From NCBI RefSeq assembly GCF_003334255.1, contig NZ_QOWU01000028.1: 59,824 nt of DNA. The stretch is one strand, 5' to 3'. The DNA is from Escherichia coli (GTDB taxonomy: Bacteria; Pseudomonadota; Gammaproteobacteria; Enterobacterales; Enterobacteriaceae). The first letter of the stretch is position 1. Every line of letters starts with the position of its first letter. The translations under genes and the position numbers were made by a program. The notes under the pieces were generated by a model. That model had not been told where the DNA came from. It saw only the letters and a program-made list of their open reading frames with translations, and did no database searches. This document shows, in pieces, positions 22,384-38,064 of the stretch.

Positions 22384-22561
22384 CCTGCCGTTTAATCCGT
22401 TTTCACGTAGAATAACGCGCGCTGCGTCTCATGGGAGTGTGCTTGTCTGCTCGCCAGATTGTTGCAGCACATATGCAGATGAATGACCTTACGCGGTTGC
22501 AAACAGGCGAGGAATGCTGCTGATGCATTAAGCCTTTCTGGACTCAGGCAGAGATTTGTAA

Positions 22562-23731
<1,170 letters not shown>

Positions 23732-23796
23732 TCGGATGCAGGCAGGGGAAGTGTCTGTTTACCCTGCCTGGTCTGATACGAGAATACGCATAACTT

Positions 23797-25388
<1,592 letters not shown>

Positions 25389-25396
25389 AGGTTTCT

Positions 25397-25990
25397 ATGA
25401 CTTCTCTGTATTTAGCTTCCGGTTCTCCGCGTCGTCAGGAGTTACTTGCGCAACTTGGCGTGACCTTTGAACGTATTGTTACGGGCATTGAGGAGCAGCG
25501 TCAGCCGCAGGAGAGCGCGCAGCAGTATGTTGTGCGTCTGGCGCGCGAGAAAGCACGGGCAGGTGTCGCGCAAACGGCGAAGGATCTCCCGGTGCTGGGT
25601 GCGGATACTATCGTTATCCTGAACGGAGAAGTGCTGGAGAAACCGCGCGACGCAGAGCATGCGGCGCAGATGTTGCGCAAATTATCGGGTCAGACCCATC
25701 AGGTGATGACAGCAGTGGCGTTGGCCGACAGCCAGCACATTCTCGATTGCCTGGTGGTCACCGATGTGACTTTCAGAACGTTAACAGACGAAGACATCGC
25801 GGGCTATGTCGCCAGCGATGAACCGTTAGATAAAGCAGGTGCATACGGTATTCAGGGGCTGGGTGGCTGTTTTGTCAGGAAGATAAATGGCAGCTATCAC
25901 GCCGTAGTCGGCTTACCGCTGGTTGAAACGTATGAATTATTAAGTAATTTTAACGCACTGCGTGAGAAAAGGGATAAACATGACGGCTGA
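25397..25990 (+). CDS. yhdE: Maf-like nucleoside triphosphate pyrophosphatase
   Basis: Start at [21 protein letters not shown] (197 aa); Maf family signature SGSPRR. Confidence 0.9.
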   Translation: MTSLYLASGSPRRQELLAQLGVTFERIVTGIEEQRQPQESAQQYVVRLAREKARAGVAQTAKDLPVLGADTIVILNGEVLEKPRDAEHAAQMLRKLSGQTHQVMTAVALADSQHILDCLVVTDVTFRTLTDEDIAGYVASDEPLDKAGAYGIQGLGGCFVRKINGSYHAVVGLPLVETYELLSNFNALREKRDKHDG

Positions 25991-27449
25991 ATTGTTAGTA
26001 AACGTAACGCCTTCGGAAACGCGAGTGGCGTATATTGATGGCGGTATTCTGCAGGAAATTCATATTGAACGTGAGGCGCGACGCGGAATAGTAGGCAATA
26101 TCTACAAGGGTCGTGTAAGTCGTGTACTTCCGGGTATGCAGGCGGCTTTTGTAGATATTGGGCTGGATAAAGCCGCGTTTCTTCATGCATCCGACATCAT
26201 GCCGCACACCGAATGTGTGGCGGGTGAAGAACAAAAGCAATTCACGGTGCGCGACATCTCGGAACTGGTTCGTCAGGGGCAAGATCTGATGGTGCAGGTG
26301 GTGAAAGATCCGCTTGGCACTAAAGGTGCGCGCCTGACCACCGATATCACGCTCCCTTCTCGCTATCTGGTGTTTATGCCAGGGGCTTCTCACGTTGGGG
26401 TTTCCCAACGTATTGAAAGCGAATCAGAACGTGAACGCCTGAAAAAAGTGGTCGCAGAGTATTGCGACGAGCAGGGCGGGTTTATCATCCGTACCGCAGC
26501 GGAAGGGGTTGGCGAGGCTGAACTGGCCTCCGATGCCGCTTATCTGAAACGCGTCTGGACCAAAGTTATGGAGCGTAAAAAACGCCCGCAGACCCGTTAT
26601 CAGCTGTACGGCGAACTGGCGCTGGCGCAGCGTGTTCTGCGTGATTTCGCCGATGCCGAACTGGACCGCATTCGCGTTGACTCACGCCTGACTTACGAAG
26701 CGTTACTTGAGTTCACCTCGGAGTACATTCCCGAGATGACAAGCAAGCTGGAGCATTACACAGGACGCCAGCCGATTTTCGATCTCTTTGATGTCGAAAA
26801 CGAAATCCAGCGAGCGCTGGAACGCAAAGTAGAACTGAAATCCGGTGGTTATCTCATTATCGACCAGACCGAAGCGATGACCACCGTGGACATCAATACC
26901 GGAGCGTTTGTCGGTCATCGCAATCTGGACGACACCATTTTCAATACCAATATTGAAGCGACGCAGGCTATCGCTCGCCAGTTACGGTTGCGTAATCTGG
27001 GCGGGATTATCATTATTGATTTCATCGATATGAATAATGAAGATCACCGCCGCCGAGTGCTGCACTCGCTGGAGCAGGCGTTGAGCAAAGACCGGGTGAA
27101 AACCAGCGTTAATGGTTTTTCGGCGCTGGGGCTGGTGGAGATGACGCGTAAACGCACCCGCGAAAGCATTGAGCACGTACTGTGTAACGAATGCCCAACC
27201 TGCCACGGTCGCGGAACGGTGAAAACCGTGGAAACGGTATGCTATGAAATCATGCGCGAGATTGTTCGTGTCCACCATGCTTACGACTCCGACCGTTTCC
27301 TGGTCTATGCTTCTCCGGCAGTAGCTGAAGCCTTGAAAGGCGAAGAGTCACACTCGCTGGCGGAAGTGGAAATTTTCGTTGGCAAACAGGTTAAAGTACA
27401 AATTGAACCGCTCTATAACCAGGAGCAGTTTGACGTCGTAATGATGTAA
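25980..27449 (+). CDS. rng: Ribonuclease G
   Basis: Start at [22 protein letters not shown] (489 aa); RNase E/G catalytic-domain homologue. Confidence 0.95.
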
Positions 27450-27516
27450 ACAGATGCTGGGCCGCCATCCGGCAAAGGGTTTTTGAGTCACATTTTTAGC
27501 AGACAAGGAGTGACGG

Positions 27517-30500
27517 GTGAGGCGATTGCCGGGGATTTTACTGCTTACTGGAGCCGCGCTCGTTGTGATCGCTGCCCTGCTGGTTAGCGGCCTGCGTATT
27601 GCTTTACCGCATCTTGACGCCTGGCGTCCGGAAATCCTCAACAAAATAGAATCCGCGACTGGCATGCCGGTAGAAGCCAGTCAGCTCTCAGCCAGCTGGC
27701 AGAATTTTGGCCCGACGCTTGAAGCACACGACATCCGTGCAGAACTAAAAGATGGCGGCGAATTTTCGGTTAAACGCGTTACTCTGGCGCTGGATGTCTG
27801 GCAGAGCCTGTTACATATGCGCTGGCAGTTTCGCGACCTCACTTTCTGGCAGCTGCGCTTTCGCACCAACACTCCTATCACCAGCGGTGGTAGTGATGAC
27901 AGTCTGGAAGCCAGTCACATCAGCGATCTGTTTCTTCGTCAATTTGACCATTTCGATCTTCGCGACAGTGAAGTCAGTTTCCTGACGCCATCCGGTCAGC
28001 GCGCCGAGCTGGCGATCCCACAACTCACCTGGCTGAACGATCCACGTCGACACCGTGCGGAAGGCCTGGTAAGCCTCTCCAGCCTTACCGGACAGCACGG
28101 CGTGATGCAGGTGCGCATGGATTTGCGCGATGATGAGGGGTTGTTAAGCAATGGTCGCGTCTGGCTCCAGGCGGATGACATCGACCTGAAGCCGTGGCTC
28201 GGTAAATGGATGCAGGACAATATTGCGCTGGAAACGGCACAGTTCTCCCTTGAAGGCTGGATGACGATCGACAAAGGCGATGTAACCGGCGGTGACGTCT
28301 GGCTGAAACAGGGCGGTGCCAGCTGGTTGGGCGAGAAGCAAACGCATACGCTGTCGGTGGATAATCTGACCGCGCATATTACGCGTGAAAATCCGGGCTG
28401 GCAGTTCTCTATTCCCGATACACGGATCACGATGGACGGCAAACCCTGGCCGAGCGGAGCATTGACGCTGGCCTGGATACCGGAACAGGACGTTGGCGGC
28501 AAAGACAATAAACGCAGTGACGAACTCCGGATTCGCGCCAGTAATCTGGAGCTGGCAGGCCTGGAGGGCATACGCCCGCTGGCCGCGAAACTTTCACCTG
28601 CACTGGGTGATGTTTGGCGCTCCACACAACCGAGCGGCAAGATTAACACTCTGGCGCTGGATATCCCGCTTCAGGCGGCAGACAAGACCCGTTTTCAGGC
28701 ATCGTGGAGCGATCTGGCCTGGAAGCAATGGAAATTATTACCGGGTGCGGAACACTTCTCCGGGACGCTTTCCGGCAGCGTTGAAAATGGTTTGCTTACC
28801 GCGTCGATGAAGCAGGCAAAGATGCCTTACGAAACGGTATTCCGTGCGCCACTAGAAATCGCCGACGGCCAGGCAACTATAAGCTGGCTGAACAATAACA
28901 AAGGTTTCCAGCTGGATGGGCGTAATATTGACGTTAAAGCCAAAGCCGTCCATGCGCGCGGCGGTTTTCGTTACCTGCAACCTGCTAACGATGAACCCTG
29001 GCTGGGTATTCTGGCTGGCATCAGTACCGATGATGGTTCACAAGCCTGGCGCTATTTCCCGGAAAACTTGATGGGTAAAGACCTGGTTGATTACTTAAGT
29101 GGCGCGATTCAGGGCGGTGAAGCGGATAACGCGACGCTGGTTTATGGTGGCAATCCGCAACTCTTCCCCTATAAACACAACGAAGGTCAGTTTGAAGTGC
29201 TGGTGCCGCTGCGCAACGCGAAGTTTGCCTTCCAGCCGGACTGGCCTGCATTAACTAACCTTGATATTGAACTGGACTTTATTAACGACGGTTTATGGAT
29301 GAAAACCGATGGCGTTAATCTGGGCGGCGTGCGCGCGAGTAATCTTACCGCAGTGATCCCTGACTACTCAAAAGAAAAACTGCTGATTGACGCTGACATT
29401 AAAGGTCCGGGTAAAGCCGTTGGCCCTTACTTTGATGAGACACCGCTGAAAGATTCTCTGGGTGCGACCCTGCAAGAACTCCAGCTCGACGGCGATGTGA
29501 ATGCTCGCTTACATCTTGATATCCCGCTGAACGGCGAACTGGTAACCGCGAAAGGTGAAGTGACGCTGCGTAATAACAGTCTGTTTATCAAACCACTCGA
29601 CAGCACCCTGAAAAATTTGAGCGGTAAATTCAGCTTTATCAATAGCGATCTGCAAAGTGAACCACTGACAGCAAGCTGGTTTAATCAGCCGTTGAACGTG
29701 GATTTTTCCACCAAAGAAGGGGCAAAAGCCTACCAGGTAGCGGTAAACCTCAACGGTAACTGGCAACCGGCGAAAACCGGCGTTCTGCCTGAAGCGGTGA
29801 ACGAAGCATTGAGTGGCAGCGTGGCGTGGGATGGTAAAGTGGGCATTGATCTGCCTTATCATGCTGGTGCGACCTATAACATAGAGCTGAACGGCGATCT
29901 AAAGAATGTGAGCAGTCACTTACCTTCACCGTTAGCCAAACCTGCGGGTGAACCACTAGCGGTAAACGTTAAGGTTGATGGCAATCTCAACAGCTTTGAA
30001 TTAACCGGACAGGCTGGTGCGGATAATCATTTCAATAGCCGCTGGTTGCTCGGTCAAAAGCTGACGCTCGATCGTGCTATTTGGGCGGCAGACAGTAAAA
30101 CGCTCCCGCCGTTGCCGGAACAAAGTGGCGTTGAACTCAATATGCCGCCGATGAATGGTGCCGAGTGGCTGGCCCTGTTCCAGAAAGGCGCTGCGGAGAG
30201 TGTCGGTGGTGCAGCGAGTTTCCCACAACACATAACGTTACGTACGCCTATGTTGTCACTGGGAAATCAGCAATGGAATAACCTGAGTATTGTTTCGCAA
30301 CCGACGGCAAATGGCACCCTGGTTGAAGCGCAAGGGCGTGAAATCAACGCCACGCTAGCGATGCGTAATAACGCGCCGTGGCTGGCGAATATCAAATATC
30401 TTTATTACAACCCGAGCGTGGCGAAAACTCGTGGTGATTCAACGCCGTCATCACCTTTCCCGACAACGGAGCGCATTAACTTCCGTGGCTGGCCGGACGC

Positions 30501-31317
30501 CCAAATACGATGCACAGAGTGCTGGTTCTGGGGGCAAAAATTCGGTCGCATTGACAGTGATATCACCATTTCTGGCGATACGTTAACGCTGACCAATGGA
30601 CTGATTGATACTGGTTTCTCGCGGCTTACTGCCGATGGTGAATGGGTTAATAATCCGGGGAATGAACGTACCTCGCTGAAAGGAAAACTGCGCGGGCAGA
30701 AAATTGATGCCGCCGCAGAATTTTTTGGTGTCACGACGCCCATACGCCAGTCGTCATTTAATGTGGATTACGATTTACACTGGCGCAAAGCACCCTGGCA
30801 GCCAGATGAAGCGACGTTGAATGGCATCATTCATACTCAACTGGGTAAAGGCGAAATTACCGAAATCAATACCGGACATGCCGGGCAATTGCTGCGCTTA
30901 TTGAGCGTAGATGCCCTGATGCGTAAGCTGCGTTTTGATTTCAGAGACACTTTTGGCGAAGGGTTCTATTTTGACTCCATTCGCAGCACCGCGTGGATTA
31001 AAGACGGCGTTATGCACACCGACGACACGCTGGTGGATGGCCTGGAGGCGGATATCGCCATGAAAGGGTCGGTAAATCTGGTACGTCGCGACCTGAATAT
31101 GGAAGCGGTTGTCGCACCAGAGATTTCTGCGACGGTGGGCGTGGCTGCGGCTTTTGCGGTTAACCCCATTGTTGGCGCGGCAGTGTTTGCCGCCAGTAAA
31201 GTGCTGGGGCCGCTGTGGAGCAAAGTCTCCATTTTGCGCTATCACATTTCGGGTCCGCTGGACGATCCGCAAATCAACGAAGTGTTGCGCCAACCGCGTA
31301 AAGAAAAAGCGCAATGA
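27517..31317 (+). CDS. yhdP: Large AsmA-like inner-membrane protein
   Basis: 1266-aa ORF with single N-terminal TM helix. Confidence 0.9.
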   Translation: MRRLPGILLLTGAALVVIAALLVSGLRIALPHLDAWRPEILNKIESATGMPVEASQLSASWQNFGPTLEAHDIRAELKDGGEFSVKRVTLALDVWQSLLHMRWQFRDLTFWQLRFRTNTPITSGGSDDSLEASHISDLFLRQFDHFDLRDSEVSFLTPSGQRAELAIPQLTWLNDPRRHRAEGLVSLSSLTGQHGVMQVRMDLRDDEGLLSNGRVWLQADDIDLKPWLGKWMQDNIALETAQFSLEGWMTIDKGDVTGGDVWLKQGGASWLGEKQTHTLSVDNLTAHITRENPGWQFSIPDTRITMDGKPWPSGALTLAWIPEQDVGGKDNKRSDELRIRASNLELAGLEGIRPLAAKLSPALGDVWRSTQPSGKINTLALDIPLQAADKTRFQASWSDLAWKQWKLLPGAEHFSGTLSGSVENGLLTASMKQAKMPYETVFRAPLEIADGQATISWLNNNKGFQLDGRNIDVKAKAVHARGGFRYLQPANDEPWLGILAGISTDDGSQAWRYFPENLMGKDLVDYLSGAIQGGEADNATLVYGGNPQLFPYKHNEGQFEVLVPLRNAKFAFQPDWPALTNLDIELDFINDGLWMKTDGVNLGGVRASNLTAVIPDYSKEKLLIDADIKGPGKAVGPYFDETPLKDSLGATLQELQLDGDVNARLHLDIPLNGELVTAKGEVTLRNNSLFIKPLDSTLKNLSGKFSFINSDLQSEPLTASWFNQPLNVDFSTKEGAKAYQVAVNLNGNWQPAKTGVLPEAVNEALSGSVAWDGKVGIDLPYHAGATYNIELNGDLKNVSSHLPSPLAKPAGEPLAVNVKVDGNLNSFELTGQAGADNHFNSRWLLGQKLTLDRAIWAADSKTLPPLPEQSGVELNMPPMNGAEWLALFQKGAAESVGGAASFPQHITLRTPMLSLGNQQWNNLSIVSQPTANGTLVEAQGREINATLAMRNNAPWLANIKYLYYNPSVAKTRGDSTPSSPFPTTERINFRGWPDAQIRCTECWFWGQKFGRIDSDITISGDTLTLTNGLIDTGFSRLTADGEWVNNPGNERTSLKGKLRGQKIDAAAEFFGVTTPIRQSSFNVDYDLHWRKAPWQPDEATLNGIIHTQLGKGEITEINTGHAGQLLRLLSVDALMRKLRFDFRDTFGEGFYFDSIRSTAWIKDGVMHTDDTLVDGLEADIAMKGSVNLVRRDLNMEAVVAPEISATVGVAAAFAVNPIVGAAVFAASKVLGPLWSKVSILRYHISGPLDDPQINEVLRQPRKEKAQ

Positions 31318-31382
31318 TTTGACGAGGGCGCGTAATTGCCCCAATCTCATAGGATAATCGTTGCCAAAGGCCAACGAGCCAG

Positions 31383-31796
31383 AACATAACCGTAGGTCGG
31401 ATAGGGCGTTCACGCCGCATCCGGCAGCCGTTGCCTGATGCGACGCTGTGCGTCTTATCAGGCCTACAAACGGAACATAACCGTAGGTCGGATAAGGCGT
31501 TTACGCCGCATCCGGCAGCCGTTGCCTGATGCGACGCTGTGCGTCTTATCAGGCCTACAAACGGAACATAACCGTAGGTCGGATAAGGCGTTTACGCCGC
31601 ATCCGGCAGCCGTTGCCTGATGCGACGCTGTGCGTCTTATCAGGCCTACAAACGGAACATAACCGTAGGTCGGATAAGGCGTTTACGCCGCATCCGACAG
31701 CCGTTGCCTGATGCGACGCTGTGCGTCTTATCAGGCCTACAAACCGGAACATAACCGTAGGCTGGATAGGGCGTTCACGCCGCATCCGGCAGCCGT
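31383..31796. repeat. BIME/REP array: about 4.5 tandem copies of a 91-bp unit
   Basis: Unit AACATAACCGTAGGTCGGATAAGGCGTTTACGCCGCATCCGGCAGCCGTTGCCTGATGCGACGCTGTGCGTCTTATCAGGCCTACAAACGG recurs with period 91 at 31383, 31474, 31565, 31656, 31747; the ORF track shows duplicate 60-aa ORFs as a by-product. Confidence 0.9.
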
Positions 31797-31822
31797 AAAA
31801 AATCCTCTACTGCAGTAACTAA

Positions 31823-33283
<1,461 letters not shown>

Positions 33284-33334
33284 TAATTTCACTATTTTCA
33301 GAAGGATAATTAATCTTTCTACGTGCACGAACGG

Positions 33335-33371
33335 TCCCCTCGCCCCTTTGGGGTGAGGGTTAGGGTGAGGG
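33335..33371. repeat. GC-rich hairpin element between tldD and aaeR 3' ends
   Basis: CCCCTCGCCCCTTTGGGGTGAGGGTTAGGGTGAGGGG: CCCCTCGCCCC pairs with GGGGTGAGGG (one G-U); second GGGTGAGGGG half repeated. Confidence 0.6.
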
Positions 33372-33416
33372 GAACCCGTTGGCACAGGTTTGTACAACGT
33401 AACAGTACAATATGAA

Positions 33417-34346
33417 TTACTTCTCTTTCCCGCGCCCGTGCATCTCCTGAAACAATTTACCGACCTCAACAAAATAATCCGTCAGCGAGTTGATCACGAC
33501 CTGTACCTTCAGCGGCAGCTTATCTTTTTCGGTATATAACGCATAAACCGGGCGTGGATCTGACTGGTAACGCGGCAGCAGGATCTCCAGCTCCCCACGA
33601 TTGATCTCGTTGATCACCCACATCAGCGGCACGTAGGCGATCCCGGCACCCGCCGTCAGCCAGCGCACCAGCGTCATCGGATCATTAGTCACAAATCTTC
33701 CTTGTGGGATCAGGCGAGTCGAGATCCCTTCCGGTGCGATCAGTTCAAATTCATTGTCGGGCCGCACGCTGTATTCAAGCCATGAATGACTACTCAAATC
33801 GGCGGGTTTTTCCGGTATGCCGTATTGTGTGAGATAGCTTTTCGCGGCGCACACCACCATTGGCATCGCGCCCAGACGGCGGGAAAACAGGCTGGAATCC
33901 TGCAACGCGCCGACGCGGATCACCACATCCAGACCGTCGGCAATCAGGTCGGGGGCTGGAATTCCGGTAACCAGATTGACGCTCAAACCTGGGTATTCTT
34001 TCAGCATTTTGGCTGTCAGCCCGGCGAGAACATTTTGTGCCATAGTTGAAGAACAGCCAATGCGTAGCGTCCCGATGGGGGTGTTATTGAAGGCATACAG
34101 TTGCTCATGAACATCCTGCACTTCATGAAGCATACGACGGCAGCCCTGGTAGTAAATTCTACCGGCTTCGGTCAGGCCAATGCTGCGTGTGCTACGGTTT
34201 AACAGCTTTACCTGCAACTCATCTTCCAGTTTTGATACCGTCTGACTGATGGACGAAACGCTCATCTGTAGCTGTCTGGCGGCGGCGGTAAAAGAGCCAA
34301 ATTCAACTACTTTGGCAAACACCGACATGCGTTTTAGTCGTTCCAT
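33417..34346 (-). CDS. aaeR: LysR-family regulator of aaeXAB
   Basis: 309-aa ORF with N-terminal LysR HTH, divergent from aaeXAB. Confidence 0.9.
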   Translation of the reverse strand: MERLKRMSVFAKVVEFGSFTAAARQLQMSVSSISQTVSKLEDELQVKLLNRSTRSIGLTEAGRIYYQGCRRMLHEVQDVHEQLYAFNNTPIGTLRIGCSSTMAQNVLAGLTAKMLKEYPGLSVNLVTGIPAPDLIADGLDVVIRVGALQDSSLFSRRLGAMPMVVCAAKSYLTQYGIPEKPADLSSHSWLEYSVRPDNEFELIAPEGISTRLIPQGRFVTNDPMTLVRWLTAGAGIAYVPLMWVINEINRGELEILLPRYQSDPRPVYALYTEKDKLPLKVQVVINSLTDYFVEVGKLFQEMHGRGKEK

Positions 34347-34528
34347 TATTCACTCTGACTTAAAAGTGATTTAGATCACATAATATAGATAACAGCATAA
34401 CAGTTACGCTAATATATTAAATATCAATCTACAGCAATGTTGCTCTCGCCCGGCTTTCCATGCCCTTCTCTGCGGCGACAGATGCTGAAAATAATAACGC
34501 CTGCTCTCTCTTTACAACCAAGGTCAAC

Positions 34529-34732
34529 ATGAGTCTGTTTCCCGTTATCGTGGTGTTTGGGCTGTCCTTCCCACCGATATTTTTTGAATTGCTTTTATCA
34601 CTGGCGATTTTCTGGCTGGTGCGCCGGGTACTTGTGCCAACAGGTATCTACGACTTTGTCTGGCATCCGGCGTTGTTCAACACCGCGCTCTATTGCTGCT
34701 TGTTTTATTTGATATCGCGACTGTTCGTTTGA
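34529..34732 (+). CDS. aaeX: Small membrane protein AaeX
   Basis: Start at [23 protein letters not shown] (67 aa) directly upstream of aaeA. Confidence 0.8.
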
Positions 34733-34739
34733 GGTTGAA

Positions 34740-35672
34740 GTGAAAACACTAATAAGAAAATTCTCCCGTACGGCCATCACGGTCGTATTAGTCATTCTGG
34801 CCTTCATCGCAATTTTTAATGCCTGGGTCTATTACACCGAATCCCCCTGGACGCGTGACGCGCGCTTTAGCGCTGACGTCGTTGCGATCGCGCCGGACGT
34901 TTCTGGACTCATTACCCAGGTGAATGTTCATGATAACCAGCTGGTGAAAAAAGGACAGATACTGTTCACCATCGACCAGCCGCGCTATCAAAAGGCGCTT
35001 GAGGAAGCGCAAGCCGATGTTGCTTATTATCAGGTACTGGCACAGGAGAAACGCCAGGAGGCCGGACGTCGTAACCGTCTCGGTGTGCAGGCGATGTCTC
35101 GCGAAGAGATCGACCAGGCCAACAACGTACTACAAACGGTTCTGCATCAGTTAGCGAAAGCGCAGGCGACCCGCGATCTGGCAAAACTGGATCTTGAACG
35201 CACGGTGATCCGCGCGCCAGCAGATGGCTGGGTGACCAACCTCAACGTCTATACCGGTGAGTTTATTACTCGAGGATCAACGGCGGTTGCGCTGGTGAAA
35301 CAGAACTCCTTCTATGTACTGGCCTATATGGAAGAAACTAAGCTGGAAGGGGTGCGTCCGGGGTATCGTGCAGAGATCACGCCGCTTGGCAGTAACAAAG
35401 TGCTGAAAGGGACTGTTGATAGTGTTGCCGCAGGGGTCACCAACGCCAGCAGCACGCGTGACGACAAAGGGATGGCGACTATAGACTCTAACCTTGAATG
35501 GGTGCGTCTTGCGCAACGTGTTCCGGTTCGTATTCGTCTCGACAACCAGCAAGAGAACATCTGGCCTGCGGGCACCACTGCTACAGTGGTGGTCACTGGC
35601 AAACAAGATCGCGACGAAAGCCAGGATTCGTTCTTCCGTAAAATGGCCCATCGCCTGCGTGAGTTTGGTTAA
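34740..35672 (+). CDS. aaeA: Aromatic carboxylic acid efflux pump membrane-fusion subunit
   Basis: 310-aa ORF with N-terminal TM anchor and HlyD-like coiled-coil region. Confidence 0.9.
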
Positions 35673-35677
35673 TCACG

Positions 35678-37645
35678 ATGGGTATTTTCTCCATTGCTAA
35701 CCAACATATTCGCTTTGCGGTAAAACTGGCGACCGCCATTGTACTGGCGCTGTTTGTTGGCTTTCACTTCCAGCTGGAAACGCCACGCTGGGCGGTACTG
35801 ACAGCGGCGATTGTTGCCGCCGGTCCGGCCTTTGCTGCGGGAGGTGAACCGTATTCTGGCGCTATTCGCTATCGTGGCTTTTTGCGCATCATCGGCACAT
35901 TTATTGGCTGTATTGCCGGACTGGTGATCATCATTGCGATGATCCGCGCACCATTATTGATGATTCTGGTGTGCTGTATCTGGGCCGGTTTTTGTACCTG
36001 GATATCCTCGCTGGTACGAATAGAAAACTCGTATGCGTGGGGGCTGGCCGGTTATACCGCGCTGATCATTGTGATCACCATTCAGCCGGAACCATTGCTT
36101 ACGCCGCAGTTTGCCGTCGAACGTTGTAGCGAGATCGTTATCGGTATTGTGTGTGCGATTATGGCGGATTTGCTCTTTTCTCCGCGATCGATCAAACAAG
36201 AAGTGGATCGAGAGCTGGAAAGTTTGCTGGTCGCGCAATATCAATTAATGCAACTCTGTATCAAGCATGGCGATGGTGAAGTTGTCGATAAAGCCTGGGG
36301 CGACCTGGTGCGACGCACCACGGCGCTACAAGGCATGCGCAGCAACCTGAATATGGAATCTTCCCGCTGGGCGCGGGCCAATCGACGTTTAAAAGCGATC
36401 AATACGCTATCGCTGACGCTGATTACCCAATCCTGCGAAACTTATCTTATTCAGAATACGCGCCCGGAATTGATCACTGATACTTTCCGCGAATTTTTTG
36501 ACACGCCGGTAGAAACCGCGCAGGACGTCCACAAGCAGCTCAAACGCCTGCGGAGAGTTATCGCCTGGACCGGGGAACGGGAAACGCCTGTCACCATTTA
36601 TAGCTGGGTCGCGGCGGCAACGCGTTATCAGCTTCTCAAGCGCGGCGTTATCAGTAACACAAAAATCAACGCCACCGAAGAAGAGATCCTGCAAGGCGAA
36701 CCGGAAGTAAAAGTAGAGTCAGCCGAACGTCATCATGCAATGGTTAACTTCTGGCGAACCACACTTTCCTGCATTCTGGGCACGCTTTTCTGGCTGTGGA
36801 CGGGCTGGACTTCCGGCAGTGGTGCAATGGTGATGATTGCGGTAGTGACGTCACTGGCAATGCGTTTGCCGAATCCACGCATGGTGGCGATCGACTTTAT
36901 CTACGGGACGCTGGCCGCGCTGCCGTTAGGGCTGCTCTACTTTTTGGTGATTATCCCTAATACCCAACAGAGCATGTTGCTGCTGTGCATTAGCCTGGCA
37001 GTGCTGGGATTCTTCCTCGGTATAGAAGTACAGAAACGGCGACTGGGCTCGATGGGGGCACTGGCCAGCACCATAAATATTATCGTGCTGGATAACCCGA
37101 TGACTTTCCATTTCAGTCAGTTTCTCGACAGCGCATTAGGGCAAATCGTCGGCTGTGTGCTCGCGTTCACCGTTATTTTGCTGGTGCGGGATAAATCGCG
37201 CGAAAGGACCGGACGTGTACTGCTTAATCAGTTTGTTTCTGCCGCTGTTTCCGCGATGACTACCAATGTGGCACGTCGTAAAGAGAACCACCTCCCGGCA
37301 CTTTATCAGCAGCTGTTTTTGCTGATGAATAAGTTCCCAGGGGATTTGCCGAAATTTCGCCTGGCGCTGACGATGATTATCGCGCACCAGCGCCTGCGTG
37401 ATGCACCGATCCCGGTTAACGAGGATTTATCGGCGTTTCACCGACAAATGCGCCGCACAGCAGACCATGTGATATCTGCCCGTAGCGATGATAAACGTCG
37501 TCGGTACTTTGGCCAGTTGCTGGAAGAACTGGAAATCTACCAGGAAAAGCTACGCATCTGGCAAGCGCCACCGCAGGTGACGGAACCGGTAAATCGGCTG
37601 GCGGGGATGCTCCATAAGTATCAACATGCGTTGACCGATAGTTAA
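35678..37645 (+). CDS. aaeB: Aromatic carboxylic acid efflux pump inner-membrane subunit
   Basis: 655-aa multi-TM ORF downstream of aaeA. Confidence 0.9.
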   Translation: MGIFSIANQHIRFAVKLATAIVLALFVGFHFQLETPRWAVLTAAIVAAGPAFAAGGEPYSGAIRYRGFLRIIGTFIGCIAGLVIIIAMIRAPLLMILVCCIWAGFCTWISSLVRIENSYAWGLAGYTALIIVITIQPEPLLTPQFAVERCSEIVIGIVCAIMADLLFSPRSIKQEVDRELESLLVAQYQLMQLCIKHGDGEVVDKAWGDLVRRTTALQGMRSNLNMESSRWARANRRLKAINTLSLTLITQSCETYLIQNTRPELITDTFREFFDTPVETAQDVHKQLKRLRRVIAWTGERETPVTIYSWVAAATRYQLLKRGVISNTKINATEEEILQGEPEVKVESAERHHAMVNFWRTTLSCILGTLFWLWTGWTSGSGAMVMIAVVTSLAMRLPNPRMVAIDFIYGTLAALPLGLLYFLVIIPNTQQSMLLLCISLAVLGFFLGIEVQKRRLGSMGALASTINIIVLDNPMTFHFSQFLDSALGQIVGCVLAFTVILLVRDKSRERTGRVLLNQFVSAAVSAMTTNVARRKENHLPALYQQLFLLMNKFPGDLPKFRLALTMIIAHQRLRDAPIPVNEDLSAFHRQMRRTADHVISARSDDKRRRYFGQLLEELEIYQEKLRIWQAPPQVTEPVNRLAGMLHKYQHALTDS

Positions 37646-37648
37646 GTC

Positions 37649-37677
37649 AAAACCGACGCCAAAAGCGTCGGTTTTTT
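37649..37677 (+). terminator. Intrinsic terminator after aaeB
   Basis: AAAACCGACGCCAAAAGCGTCGGTTTTTT directly after the aaeB stop. Confidence 0.7.
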
Positions 37678-37736
37678 CATGGCTATACTTAGCGATGCAC
37701 GGCAGAACTCGCCGCGAAACGTGACGGTGGCAACAG

Positions 37737-38009
37737 ATGAATATTTATACCTTTGATTTTGATGAGATTGAGAGTCAGGAGGATTTTTATCGTGACTTTA
37801 GCCAAACCTTTGGTCTGGCGAAAGATAAGGTACGCGATCTCGACTCACTATGGGATGTGTTAATGAACGATGTCCTGCCGCTACCACTTGAGATTGAATT
37901 TGTTCATCTGGGAGAGAAAACGCGTCGCCGTTTTGGCGCGTTAATATTGCTGTTTGATGAGGCAGAGGAAGAGCTGGAAGGGCATTTGCGTTTTAATGTT
38001 CGTCATTAG
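37737..38009 (+). CDS. yhcO: Barstar-like (ribonuclease-inhibitor fold) protein
   Basis: 90-aa acidic [30 protein letters not shown]... resembling barstar. Confidence 0.85.
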   Translation: MNIYTFDFDEIESQEDFYRDFSQTFGLAKDKVRDLDSLWDVLMNDVLPLPLEIEFVHLGEKTRRRFGALILLFDEAEEELEGHLRFNVRH

Positions 38010-38012
38010 CGC

Positions 38013-38038
38013 AAAAAAAAGCCCCCGAACCGGGGGCA
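38013..38038. terminator. Bidirectional terminator between convergent yhcO and yhcN
   Basis: AAAAAAAAGCCCCCGAACCGGGGGC hairpin with an A-run on one side, between two convergent stops. Confidence 0.6.
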
Positions 38039-38064
38039 ATATCGTCGGACAAGACGATGAGGGT

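Noticed and set aside
31438-31711. Two overlapping 60-aa ORFs with nearly identical translations (31438..31620 and 31529..31711)
   Set aside because: They lie entirely inside the 91-bp BIME/REP tandem array; the identical proteins are a by-product of the repeat period, not genes.
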